From Paracoccaceae bacterium (lineage in GTDB: Bacteria > Pseudomonadota > Alphaproteobacteria > Rhodobacterales > Rhodobacteraceae), in the NCBI GenBank assembly GCA_030066175.1, contig JASJCC010000001.1:1-63648 (forward strand): DNA of 63,648 bases, in the 5' to 3' direction. Below the pieces are notes generated by a model that did not search any database, had not been told where the DNA came from, and saw nothing but the letters and a program-made list of their open reading frames with translations. The translations under genes and the position numbers were made by a program. Of this stretch, positions 45,959 through 54,741 are shown in pieces. Every line of letters starts with the position of its first letter. Positions within the stretch are counted from its first letter, which is position 1.

Positions 45959-46933
45959 ATGCGTTTTTTCACCCAACGCCGGCATTTTGACGATCTGAGT
46001 GAGCAAGAGGTTCTGGCTCTGGCAATTTCCTCGGAAGAGGACGATGCCCGGATCTACCGGTCTTATGCCGAACAATTGCGAGAGGAATTCCCGGATACGG
46101 CCGCGGTCTTTGACGGCATGGCGGTCGAGGAGGACGGCCACCGCAAGGCGCTGATCGACCTGCATGCAACCCGCTTTGGCAATGTCATCCCGCTGGTCCG
46201 CCGCGAACATGTCGCCGGCTTTTATGCCCGCCGGCCGGTCTGGCTGGTGCAGAACCTTGGGCTTGAGCGTATCCGCGATGAGGCCGAGGCGATGGAGCGT
46301 GAGGCCGAACGCTTTTACCTGATGGCCGCCAAACGCACTTCGGATGCAGGCACCCGCAAACTGCTGGGTGATCTCGCCTCGGCCGAGGCCGGGCACCAGA
46401 GCCGCGCGGGCGAGTTAAAAGACGAACACTTGGATGAAGAGGCTCGCGATGCCGAGGATCGTTCGGCCAAACGCCAGTTCATCCTGACCTGGGTGCAGCC
46501 CGGTCTGGCGGGGCTGATGGACGGCTCGGTCTCGACCCTCGCGCCGATCTTTGCCACCGCCTTTGCCACGCAGGACACCTGGACCACCTTCCTTGTGGGT
46601 CTTGCCGCGTCGGTCGGTGCCGGCATCTCTATGGGCTTTACCGAGGCCGCATCGGATGACGGCCAGCTGTCGGGCCGCGGATCGCCGGTGAAACGCGGCA
46701 TCGCCTCGGGGGTGATGACCACCATCGGCGGTCTTGGCCACGCGCTGCCTTACCTCATCCCGGATTTCTGGACCGCCACGATCACCGCGATCATCGTCGT
46801 CTTCATCGAGCTGTGGGCCATCGCCTGGATCCAGAACAAATACATGGAAACCCCGTTCTTCCGTGCGGCGTTCCAGGTGGTGCTCGGTGGCGCGCTGGTC
46901 TTTGCCGCCGGGGTGCTGATCGGCAGCGGCTAG
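45959..46933 (+). CDS. mbfA: Membrane-bound ferritin-like / VIT1 (CCC1) fusion iron exporter
   Basis: ORF 45911..46933, with the likely start MRFFTQRRHF preceded by AGAGAGG. An N-terminal erythrin/ferritin-like domain (EEDDARIY...EEDGHR...EAGH) is joined to a C-terminal VIT1-type TM domain. Confidence 0.85.
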   Translation: MRFFTQRRHFDDLSEQEVLALAISSEEDDARIYRSYAEQLREEFPDTAAVFDGMAVEEDGHRKALIDLHATRFGNVIPLVRREHVAGFYARRPVWLVQNLGLERIRDEAEAMEREAERFYLMAAKRTSDAGTRKLLGDLASAEAGHQSRAGELKDEHLDEEARDAEDRSAKRQFILTWVQPGLAGLMDGSVSTLAPIFATAFATQDTWTTFLVGLAASVGAGISMGFTEAASDDGQLSGRGSPVKRGIASGVMTTIGGLGHALPYLIPDFWTATITAIIVVFIELWAIAWIQNKYMETPFFRAAFQVVLGGALVFAAGVLIGSG

Positions 46934-47022
46934 GGGCGGCGCAAAACGCTTGGGTTCCGCGCCCGCGCGATGCTATCCTGACGGGGTATTTCCAGTACCC
47001 GTTCAATTTTCAGGAGAGCCCC

Positions 47023-48219
47023 GTGAAACGCATCGTCATCCTGTGCGACGGCACATGGAACCGGACCGACACCCCAACCCCCACCAACGTGGTGAAAACC
47101 GCGCAGGCGCTGAAACCGATCGACGCAGTCGGGGTGGTGCAGATCCCGCTTTACATCCCTGGCGTCGGCACCGGTGAAGGCATCACCAAGCTCAGCCGCT
47201 TTGCCGACAAGGTGCTCGGCGGTGCGCTGGGCTGGGGGCTGATGGAGAATGTGGCCGACGCCTATCGCCACCTCGTCTTCATCTACGAGCCGGGGGATGA
47301 GATCTATGTCTTTGGCTTTTCCCGCGGCGCCTATACCGCGCGGTCGCTGACCGGGTTTCTGCGCTCCAGCGGGATCATCGCCCGCGACGACATCCACATG
47401 ATCCCCAAAGCGGTGAAACGCTATCGCACGCTGGGCGACGACAACCTGCACCCCAACACGGACGACAGCCACCGCTTTCGCGCCGACACGCTAAAATCCC
47501 GCGTCGCCACCAGCCAAAAAGAGATCGACTGGCGCGCCGCCAACGGCCGGGAAACGGTGCCGCTCTTGAAAGTGGTGTATCTGGGTGTCTGGGATTCCGT
47601 CGGCGCGCTGGGTGTACCGGCGCATATCCCGCTGCTGGGATCCCTGACCGCCCGCAAATACCGGTTCCACGATGCGAACCTGTCCAGCATGGTGAAATCC
47701 GCCCGCCACGCGATTGCCATCGATGAGCACCGCAAGTCGTTTCTGCCCACCAAGTGGGAAAACGTCGATCCTTTGAACGCGGAGAGCGGCAGCGCCGACC
47801 GGCCTTACCGCGAAGAGTATTTCCTCGGCGATCACGGATCGGTCGGGGGCGGGGGCGACATCACCGACCTGTCGGACATCGCGTTGGAATGGATGCTCGA
47901 CGGCGCGATGGAATGCGGCCTGCAATTCAGCGCCCAGCATCTCAGCGCCGTCACCCAAGGTTGCGACCCGATGGGGCCCTTGCGCAACACCAAAGAGGCG
48001 CCGACGGGGGGGATGAACTGGCTGATGCGCCGCAATCCCATCGACCGCCCCGGCCCGGACAGCCTGACCGAGGTGCATCCCAGCGTGATGAAGCGTTGGA
48101 CAGCCGAGGCAAAGTCTCCGGATTTTGAACCCTACCGGCCAAAAACCCTGCGCAATGTCGAACCCGAAATCGTCGCCTGGTACATAGATCAGACCGGCGA
48201 CACGACGCGCTTTGCCTGA
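47023..48219 (+). CDS. DUF2235 (Tle1-like alpha/beta hydrolase) domain protein
   Basis: This is the 3' part of ORF 46813..48219. The GTG start at 47023 follows CAGGAGAG. It has KRIVILCDGTWN and the GxSxG motif FGFSRGAY. Confidence 0.8.
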   Translation: MKRIVILCDGTWNRTDTPTPTNVVKTAQALKPIDAVGVVQIPLYIPGVGTGEGITKLSRFADKVLGGALGWGLMENVADAYRHLVFIYEPGDEIYVFGFSRGAYTARSLTGFLRSSGIIARDDIHMIPKAVKRYRTLGDDNLHPNTDDSHRFRADTLKSRVATSQKEIDWRAANGRETVPLLKVVYLGVWDSVGALGVPAHIPLLGSLTARKYRFHDANLSSMVKSARHAIAIDEHRKSFLPTKWENVDPLNAESGSADRPYREEYFLGDHGSVGGGGDITDLSDIALEWMLDGAMECGLQFSAQHLSAVTQGCDPMGPLRNTKEAPTGGMNWLMRRNPIDRPGPDSLTEVHPSVMKRWTAEAKSPDFEPYRPKTLRNVEPEIVAWYIDQTGDTTRFA

Positions 48220-48453
48220 GAGGCGGCATGCAGCTCCAGACCGCTCCGCAAAACCTGATCTGGATATACCGTTCTAGAGAATTGCGTTCTTGGGACGGTT
48301 CCGTTTCCGCATGTGCGGTCCGTCGCGTTTAGAGTCGAAATCCTGCGCTCAGTCCCTGACCTTTCTACGCAGCAGAAAATGGCAGTTATGAGCCTGGTTG
48401 AGCCACAACTGCCGAACAAACGGTAGCTGGACCGTGCACGCAAGACTTGCGCA

Positions 48454-49074
48454 TTGACAGCTAAGGCGCGGGCTTGTCACACTGGCATTGAAAACACGCT
48501 GGTTGTCGATTACGAGCGAGAGGTAGGGTATTTGAAACCATTCTCGATAAAAGACGGCTCTTTCAGTTTCCTTCCGCAGATATTCGTTTACGTCTTCGCG
48601 GCGGTTTTCATTCCGATTGGCAGTATCTACAAGATCGATGAACTAATTTTCGCTCTGATCGCTTTGTATCTATTCTACGATATTGCCTTTTTGCGCACAG
48701 CCGAGCGCTTCAAAGGAAGAGATATCGACTCCATTCTCGAAGACCTGAGGGCGGCTTGCGGGTACATGGCCTACTACCTGCCAATCGCTGCCCTGCTGAT
48801 TGCGATATCAAACGTGGAAAACGTCCAGAAAATTCTGGAAAAGGATAATCATATCTTTCACTACTTATTGATTGGAGTGGTCGCTGCTGCGGTCTCAACG
48901 CTCTTCATTCCAGTCCAATATGCTGTCGACACTTCCAAGCAACCGTCGTCTGCTTTGCGGCTGTGTTTTGTCTTTGTTTTGTTTTTGCAGAAAGTGTCGG
49001 TCACAGTGGTTGTCTGCGCCCTGATCCGCGCGGGTCATGTCGTCTGGCAATTGAGCCAACAGTCCGCTTCATAG
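48454..49074 (+). CDS. Hypothetical polytopic membrane protein in a low-GC islet
   Basis: 206-aa ORF with 4-5 hydrophobic segments. The start is uncertain: TTG at 48454, or TTG at 48532 after GAGAGGTAGGG. GC is 25/60 in 48601-48660. I recognised no family. Confidence 0.5.
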   Translation: MTAKARACHTGIENTLVVDYEREVGYLKPFSIKDGSFSFLPQIFVYVFAAVFIPIGSIYKIDELIFALIALYLFYDIAFLRTAERFKGRDIDSILEDLRAACGYMAYYLPIAALLIAISNVENVQKILEKDNHIFHYLLIGVVAAAVSTLFIPVQYAVDTSKQPSSALRLCFVFVLFLQKVSVTVVVCALIRAGHVVWQLSQQSAS

Positions 49075-49310
49075 GTGATTGTACCTTTCGTCGCCGACTT
49101 ACGTACAGGCTCTCTATGTCCGCACACTTGACCCCTGAGCGCCGCAGTTGAACTGCCGTCTGTAATGATCGGATTGGCGCTCGTGCCGGTCAAATGGTTA
49201 GAGGTTGATTTTTTTGCGAGCTTGTTTGCTACAGGCGCCGGAGATTACCTTGGCGCGGGGTTCGCCCCAATCCGCAACGGCCCCCAGCCTCAACGTTTTC
49301 GCCGAACGCT

Positions 49311-50213
49311 CTACCGCGCGGCGCGTTTTGTTTTCCAGCGGCGGTGGATCCAGAACCACTGCTCCATATTCTCGCGGATCAGCGCCTCGAGCCCGTCATT
49401 GACCGCCTGCGCCATGGTTTCGGGGTCGGTATGCGGAATGGGCTCTTGCACCACAATTTCGAAACTTAGCCCATCGGCTTTGCGTCGCGCATAGACCGGG
49501 ATCAGCGCAGCATTGAACTTCAGCGCCAGCTCAGCCGTCACGGTCGAGGTCCGCGCCGGTTTGCCAAAGAATTGCAGCCTCGGCTGTCCGGGGGCATGTA
49601 GATCCGTCAGGATGCCCAGCACACCGCCGCGTTTGACGTGGCGGACCATCTCCATCATGCCCTTGCGCCCCTGCTCGAACATCGGCGTGCCGATGGTCGA
49701 GATCGCCTGCACATAGTGTTCGTTGAAATAGGGGTTCGACAGCCGCCGATAGAGCGCGCCCATATCATGCCCACGCGCAATCAGCGCCGCCCGCGCGGCA
49801 TCGTAATTGCCGAAATGCCCGGTATTGAGGATCACCGGGCGCTGCTCTTCCCGCGCCGCCTCCAGTGCCTGCAATCCTGGCCCGGTAAAGCTCGCCTCCT
49901 GCGCGTGGCGCACAAAATCCGCGCCCGAGTAGATCTCGATCATCGTGCGGCCAAAGTTGTTGGGCACTTTGTGGCAGAGCCGCCGCACCTCGGCCTCGGG
50001 CAGATCGGGCATCACGTAGCGCAGATTGCCCCGAATGCGCCGTCGCCAACCGGCCAGCGGGCCAATCACGTGCTCGGCGATCCAGCCCATCAGCGGCACC
50101 CGCCAGCGGTAGGGCAGCACCCGGCTCAGCGCGATCAGCCCACGCAGGATGGCATCGGTCAGCCGGTCCCGCCACGTGCCGTCAAGCACCGTCTCTTGCT
50201 CTGCTGTGGCCAA
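49311..50213 (-). CDS. Lysophospholipid / lipid A lauroyl acyltransferase (LpxL/HtrB) family protein
   Basis: 300 aa. The family pattern is present, including the NTGHFGNYD (HX4D-type) acyltransferase motif. Confidence 0.8.
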   Translation of the reverse strand: MATAEQETVLDGTWRDRLTDAILRGLIALSRVLPYRWRVPLMGWIAEHVIGPLAGWRRRIRGNLRYVMPDLPEAEVRRLCHKVPNNFGRTMIEIYSGADFVRHAQEASFTGPGLQALEAAREEQRPVILNTGHFGNYDAARAALIARGHDMGALYRRLSNPYFNEHYVQAISTIGTPMFEQGRKGMMEMVRHVKRGGVLGILTDLHAPGQPRLQFFGKPARTSTVTAELALKFNAALIPVYARRKADGLSFEIVVQEPIPHTDPETMAQAVNDGLEALIRENMEQWFWIHRRWKTKRAAR

Positions 50214-50375
50214 GCCCTGCGCCTTTTGCTACACCGATGCCTCAGCCATAAGCGCCGCTTGCCCCCGGCGCAACAGCGTCGCACGTGCCGGGGTGGGTCA
50301 AGGACTGCCCCCGTGCCCGCGCGCCCGCCCGCCGCCCTGATTGACGCCACGCCACCCCCGTGCCACCTAGACCCC

Positions 50376-51299
50376 ATGCTCGAGGTCTTTCTGAAAACCG
50401 TGCCGTTCTTTGCGCTGATTGGCCTTGGCTATGGCGCTGCCCGCGCGCGGTTTTTCCCCGAAGAGGCGACCGCCTATCTAACCAAGTTTGTCTTTTACTT
50501 CGCCCTCTCGGCGATGCTGTTCCGCTTCTCGGCTAACCTGTCATTGGACGAAATCTTCGACGCCAATGTCGCCGCCGCCTACCTTTGGGGCACCGCCTTT
50601 GTCTATGCGGTGGCGATGGGTGTGGCGTTCCTGCGTGGGCTCGACACGCCCACCGCGGCGATCGAGGCACAGTGTGCCGCCATCGGCAATACCGGCTTTC
50701 TCGGCGTGCCGATGCTGGCGCTCTTGCTGGGGCAGGCGGCGATTGGCCCGATCATCCTGGTACTGGCGATCGACCTGATCGTGTTCTCCTCGCTTTTGGT
50801 GATCCTTGTCACCGGGTCGCGGGACGGGCGGATGTCACTTGCGATGCTGAAAACAGTGGGCCTTGGCCTGCTGCAAAACCCGATGATCGTGGCGATTGTG
50901 CTGGGCCTTGCCGTGTCGGCCAGTGGCCTGACGGTGCCTGCGGTGGCCAATGAGTTCCTGACCATCCTCGGCAACGCCGCCACCCCCGGCGCGCTCTTTG
51001 CCATCGGTGCGTCGCTGGCCACCAAATCCGCCGAACGCCTGGTGATCGCCGGCTGGCTCAGCGTCTGCAAACTGCTCTTGCACCCGCTCTTTGTCGCCGG
51101 GGCGGCGTTCTGGTTATTCCCCGTTACAAGCTTTCAGGCGGCGGTGATCATCTCGGCGGCGGCGCTGCCGGTGGCGGGCAATGTGTTTATCCTCGCCCAG
51201 CATTACGGCATCGCACCGCAAAGGGTCTCGGCCGCGATCCTGCTGTCGACCACGGCCAGCATCGTCACGGTCAGCGCGGTGATCGCGAGCGTCAGTTAG
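50376..51299 (+). CDS. AEC (auxin efflux carrier) family transporter
   Basis: This is the 3' part of ORF 49638..51299, with the start MLEVFLKTVPFFALIGLGY. The protein is polytopic. Confidence 0.85.
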   Translation: MLEVFLKTVPFFALIGLGYGAARARFFPEEATAYLTKFVFYFALSAMLFRFSANLSLDEIFDANVAAAYLWGTAFVYAVAMGVAFLRGLDTPTAAIEAQCAAIGNTGFLGVPMLALLLGQAAIGPIILVLAIDLIVFSSLLVILVTGSRDGRMSLAMLKTVGLGLLQNPMIVAIVLGLAVSASGLTVPAVANEFLTILGNAATPGALFAIGASLATKSAERLVIAGWLSVCKLLLHPLFVAGAAFWLFPVTSFQAAVIISAAALPVAGNVFILAQHYGIAPQRVSAAILLSTTASIVTVSAVIASVS

Positions 51300-52122
51300 G
51301 CCGCAGGATCGAGGGCAGCAATTCGTGCAGGCGGTTCATTTCCTGCCGGCAGCGATGCATTTCCCATGCCGCGCCATCGGCGCCGACCCGCACCGCGATG
51401 TCCGGCTCCAGCCGCGCGATATTGCCGCCGACAAAGATCAGGATCTTGGGCGCGGCCAGCCGCAGCTCCACCACCACCCGCGCCAAGGCCCGCAGCCGGT
51501 CTGGTGTTGCCGCCGACAACCCGACGATCGGATAGCCGCCCTTGCGCACCATGTCGCTCAGCTGCACCTCGGTGCTGTTCAGCCGCAAGTCGACATCCCA
51601 GCCATCCTTGCGAAAGATGTCCGCGGCCATGGTGATGCCCAGCACATGCTTTTCGCCCGGCACCGTGGCAAAGAGCGCGCATTGATCGCCGCGCGGCGCA
51701 AAGGCTGGCGCCAGTTCCCGGATATCGCGCAAGAGGTGCAGCATACGCCCCGCTGCCACCGCCATGTCACGAAAGGTGATGCGATCCTCATCCCACATCT
51801 CGCCCAGATGGCGCGCCGCGGCACCGATGTGCCAGAGGCACAGCTCTTCATGTGAGGCGCCCTGCGCATGGGCATCGAGGATCATCTGCTTGGGGATCAT
51901 CGGGTCTTCGCCGATCAGCGCGGCGCACAGCACCTCAAGATCGGGCGGCACCACCGGCGGGCGTTCGGCGGCCCGTTCGGCGGTCGTGTCCCGCGCCCAA
52001 CGCGCCAACCTGACAATCACCTCTTGGGCCAGAACCATGAGCGCGGCATCCGACAGCCCGGCGCGCGCCTGGCCTGTCGCGTCGCCCTCAATCGCCCGGA
52101 CGGGGATTGGCATGTCGATCAT
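51292..52122 (-). CDS. Cobalamin (B12)-binding domain protein with no recognisable DNA-binding or catalytic domain
   Basis: 276 aa. The C-terminal Rossmann-like domain carries an ExHxxG variant of the DxHxxG B12 motif (GEKHVLGITMAADIF) and ...IVGLSA... Confidence 0.65.
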   Translation of the reverse strand: MIDMPIPVRAIEGDATGQARAGLSDAALMVLAQEVIVRLARWARDTTAERAAERPPVVPPDLEVLCAALIGEDPMIPKQMILDAHAQGASHEELCLWHIGAAARHLGEMWDEDRITFRDMAVAAGRMLHLLRDIRELAPAFAPRGDQCALFATVPGEKHVLGITMAADIFRKDGWDVDLRLNSTEVQLSDMVRKGGYPIVGLSAATPDRLRALARVVVELRLAAPKILIFVGGNIARLEPDIAVRVGADGAAWEMHRCRQEMNRLHELLPSILRPN

Positions 52123-52601
52123 TCTGGCCCCTCATACAGACCAGCCGCCCAGTCTTTGACTGCGCGGCATCACTACCCCTCGATTTCCACGATGGCAAAA
52201 CGTGCGGGACCACTCAATGAGACCAAAGGCCACTCTTGACACGTGCAGCGGCCCGGCCGAAGCGCTCGACCGGGCCGCGATTCACGCCGCCGCAAAAGTC
52301 ACGATCTCCTCCAGGTCCCCGCCTCCGGTGCGGTGCCGGTCCCTCACCCCGAAAGGTGCGGGGGCTCTCACTCCGGTGCTCTGGCAGGGTGATCATGACG
52401 GCAAGCATGAATCCCCCCCTGCAGCTTCATAAGACCACAGCGAATCGGTTTGCGCCATGCGCTGGATCAAATTCGTTAACAATTGGGCGCGCCGCGACAT
52501 CAGTGGCCGCCCGCAAGATAGAGAGGCTGTCGGGTGTGCGGGTGATAGGGACTTGAGCAAAAGACACATGGGTCCTGACCGATCAGATGGGCCCACGCGG
52601 C

Positions 52602-52925
52602 CTAAAGCGCGTTTTGTGCGCGCGCGTGGAGCAGGTGAAGCCATGCATTGTCCACTTCCCCGGGCGCGGACCTTGGAAGCGGGGTTGGCGAGGTTTCGAT
52701 CAGGTGCACCAACGTCCAGGCCAGTCCAAAGCAATCATCCGCGCCAAAACAGTCCAACAAGGCCTCAGCTTCGGCATCCGTCACCGGTTGCGAGATCGCA
52801 TGCAACGCGGTTTCAGCCCGTGCAATCGCGTCCTGCCCGCTGTCAATGGAAGGCAGCGGGCCCAATTCCACAAACGATTTGACCTCCGGTCGCATGTCGC
52901 CTCTCCACCCGGCCTTCTGGTTCAT
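52602..52925 (-). CDS. Hypothetical small acidic protein (immunity-protein-like)
   Basis: 107-aa ORF. An alternative start at MRPEVKSF (52895) follows GGAGAGG. The sequence looks protein-like (DAEAEALLDCFGADDCFGLAWTLVHLIE). I could not name a family. Confidence 0.5.
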   Translation of the reverse strand: MNQKAGWRGDMRPEVKSFVELGPLPSIDSGQDAIARAETALHAISQPVTDAEAEALLDCFGADDCFGLAWTLVHLIETSPTPLPRSAPGEVDNAWLHLLHARAQNAL

Positions 52926-53158
52926 GAACGCCCAATCTTTGCCAACAGGTTACCAGATTTGGAGCGTGTGATTAGGACCACGCTGGTATGAGAGCAATGC
53001 GGTCAAGCCGTTGCCCGAGCATTCAGAAGGGATTCGGGCATGCGTTTCGCAGACCGCTCAAGGCAACAGGGTCCTATGAGAAAGTGGATTACCTATACGC
53101 TTGCCTTCCCGAAAAACCCAAGTATCCCTTCTTTTGCCTTTTCACCGGAGACATCCAG

Positions 53159-53761
53159 ATGCCCCCATTGTTGGCTCCTGCCGATACAACCCTACGGCGC
53201 AATCCGCAAGAACCACTTAGCTATCAGCTCTACGATACCTTCGAAGACTACCTGTCACCGCCCATTGAAGAACGCTTGAGAGAGATGAACCAAGCGTATC
53301 CCATCAAGGGGCTTTCCGCCTTTGTCTCAAACGGCGAAATCACCAAGGGCCAGTGGGTACTCTATACGCAGACCTGCCTTGTCGGACAAATCACCAATGG
53401 CGGCGTCGCGCAATTCATTGATAACTGCCCCGGCCTTATTCTGGATGCAGAGAAACTGTTATCCGAATTCGGCCCCAAAGAAATGCAGGATGCTTATTCG
53501 CTTGCTGCGCAACGCTTCCTCGATGTCATTGGCCAGCATGCCCGTCTCAATCCCGAGGCAACCGGGGATGATCTGGATCCTTTCTGGGCGGACCTTGAGG
53601 CCGCATGGCGTGATGATGACGAGGAACGCTTTCAGGCGCTTGAGGACGCTTGTTACGCGCCTGATCGGAACGATGACGCATCCAATTGGTTCACGCAGTT
53701 GGAAAAACACGTCTTGGATTGGGTCTTGGAAAATCCAGGTGACTTTGTCGCGGCCAGCTAG
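53159..53761 (+). CDS. DUF4375 / DMP19-like protein (tentative)
   Basis: This is the 3' part of ORF 52988..53761. The start MPPLLAP follows GGAGA. VGQITNGGVAQFIDN resembles the NGGF-Q-F-N core of DUF4375. Confidence 0.55.
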   Translation: MPPLLAPADTTLRRNPQEPLSYQLYDTFEDYLSPPIEERLREMNQAYPIKGLSAFVSNGEITKGQWVLYTQTCLVGQITNGGVAQFIDNCPGLILDAEKLLSEFGPKEMQDAYSLAAQRFLDVIGQHARLNPEATGDDLDPFWADLEAAWRDDDEERFQALEDACYAPDRNDDASNWFTQLEKHVLDWVLENPGDFVAAS

Positions 53762-53927
53762 GTGTCTGACAGCGATCTTACCCTGGTTTAGGATCGCAAA
53801 TGAAGCCGCATACCAGATTGGGCCGCGCTTTACGAAATCGGTACTGTTCGAGCGTGGATCTGCCAGGACTTATCAAGGCCGAGTGCAAACTGTTGGACAA
53901 CGTGCTGTGTTTTGCTAGCCTTCCGAA

Positions 53928-54248
53928 ATGAATAGAAAAACCCGCGGCATCGATGTCCAAGCCGAATTGCTTCCCGACGGAAGCTTTTCTCCAAAGCTCA
54001 TAGCCTTTCTGAAACAAGCACAGTCGGAAATGAACGCGCAAGCCGTTGATTTCAAGCAGCCCCCCTGGCGCGCGGTTCCGGACTACGAAAGGCATTCGAT
54101 GGGCTGGAGGATGGGCCCTGGAGAAGACTATTCTTTGGCTTTCGACTCCTGGCTGAAAGGCCTCAGCCCCGCGGAGTTTCAAGAATTTGTGTCGCAGCAC
54201 CCCGAGCCGGAGGGGTGGGAAGGCTTTTACAAAAGCATTCGTGTCTAA
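53928..54248 (+). CDS. Hypothetical small protein
   Basis: 106-aa ORF with protein-like sequence (PWRAVPDYERHSMGWRMGPGEDYSLAFDSWLKGLSPAEFQEF). The RBS is weak. Confidence 0.5.
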   Translation: MNRKTRGIDVQAELLPDGSFSPKLIAFLKQAQSEMNAQAVDFKQPPWRAVPDYERHSMGWRMGPGEDYSLAFDSWLKGLSPAEFQEFVSQHPEPEGWEGFYKSIRV

Positions 54249-54282
54249 TCCCGTGAAGACCGGAGTGTCCTGATCCGGCTGA

Positions 54283-54666
54283 TTTGTTGTCGGCAGCTTC
54301 ATCAGCACCGACCCGCTCGACCCTGACGCCCTGCCGCAGGACATCATCGCCAACGTGGTGCTGCTCAAAGACTGGATCGCCGCGCTGCTACAAACCCTCG
54401 CCGGCCATCCCCTCGAAGGTGACGCGCTGCGCGACCTGCGGGACATCCAGCTTGGCTAAATGGATGGCGAGGTCTCGAACTTGCTCAACGGCCGCGTCCT
54501 CCCTGGCGAAGACCCGGCGGAACGCGTGCTGCGGAACCTCGAAAAGCTGTATGTCCTGCTCGTCACCCAAACCGGCAAGGCCGAGGCCTGGGCAACCCAA
54601 CCCCAAGCCGCCTACCCAACATTCGAGATTGTCAAACTGCCCCTGGAAGGCAAAGCCAAACCCTAG
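54283..54666 (+). pseudogene. Reading frame with no start codon at its head and one in-frame TAA: a possible gene remnant, or two tiny coupled ORFs
   Basis: The frame opens after TGA 54280. It reads ...FISTDPLDPDALPQDIIANVVLLKDWIAALLQTLAGHPLEGDALRDLRDIQLG, then TAA (54457-54459), then in the same frame ATG 54460 MDGEVSNLLNGRVLPGEDPAERVLRNLEKLYVLL... through to 54666. Confidence 0.3.
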
Positions 54667-54741
54667 TGCGGTTTCCGCGCCCCGTCCGCGTGCATGTCCA
54701 CGGATGGCCCTGCCGCAGGCCCCATCATCAGAGTGGCCAAA

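Noticed and set aside
48320-48350. tRNA-like T-arm fragment (GAGTCGAAATCCTGC) in the low-GC islet, as a possible integration scar
   Set aside because: The putative T-stem halves are not complementary, and no acceptor stem or CCA context is present. It is probably chance resemblance.
52123-52601. Possible cobalamin riboswitch next to the B12-binding-domain gene (GCCACTG, the B12-box core, occurs on the minus strand near 52495)
   Set aside because: Only this 7-mer matches. I could not find the other conserved riboswitch blocks (GGTGCC..., AA-GGGAA, GGTG-AATCC, GCCCCCGC-ACTGT, AGCCAGGAGACCTGCC) in the right order on either strand. An Infernal/Rfam RF00174 scan would settle it.
53778-54446. A 222-aa minus-strand ORF overlapping the 106-aa + strand gene
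   Set aside because: The composition is poor (Ser/Arg/Leu-rich) with no motif. The + strand ORF has a far more protein-like sequence. Both calls are of modest confidence.
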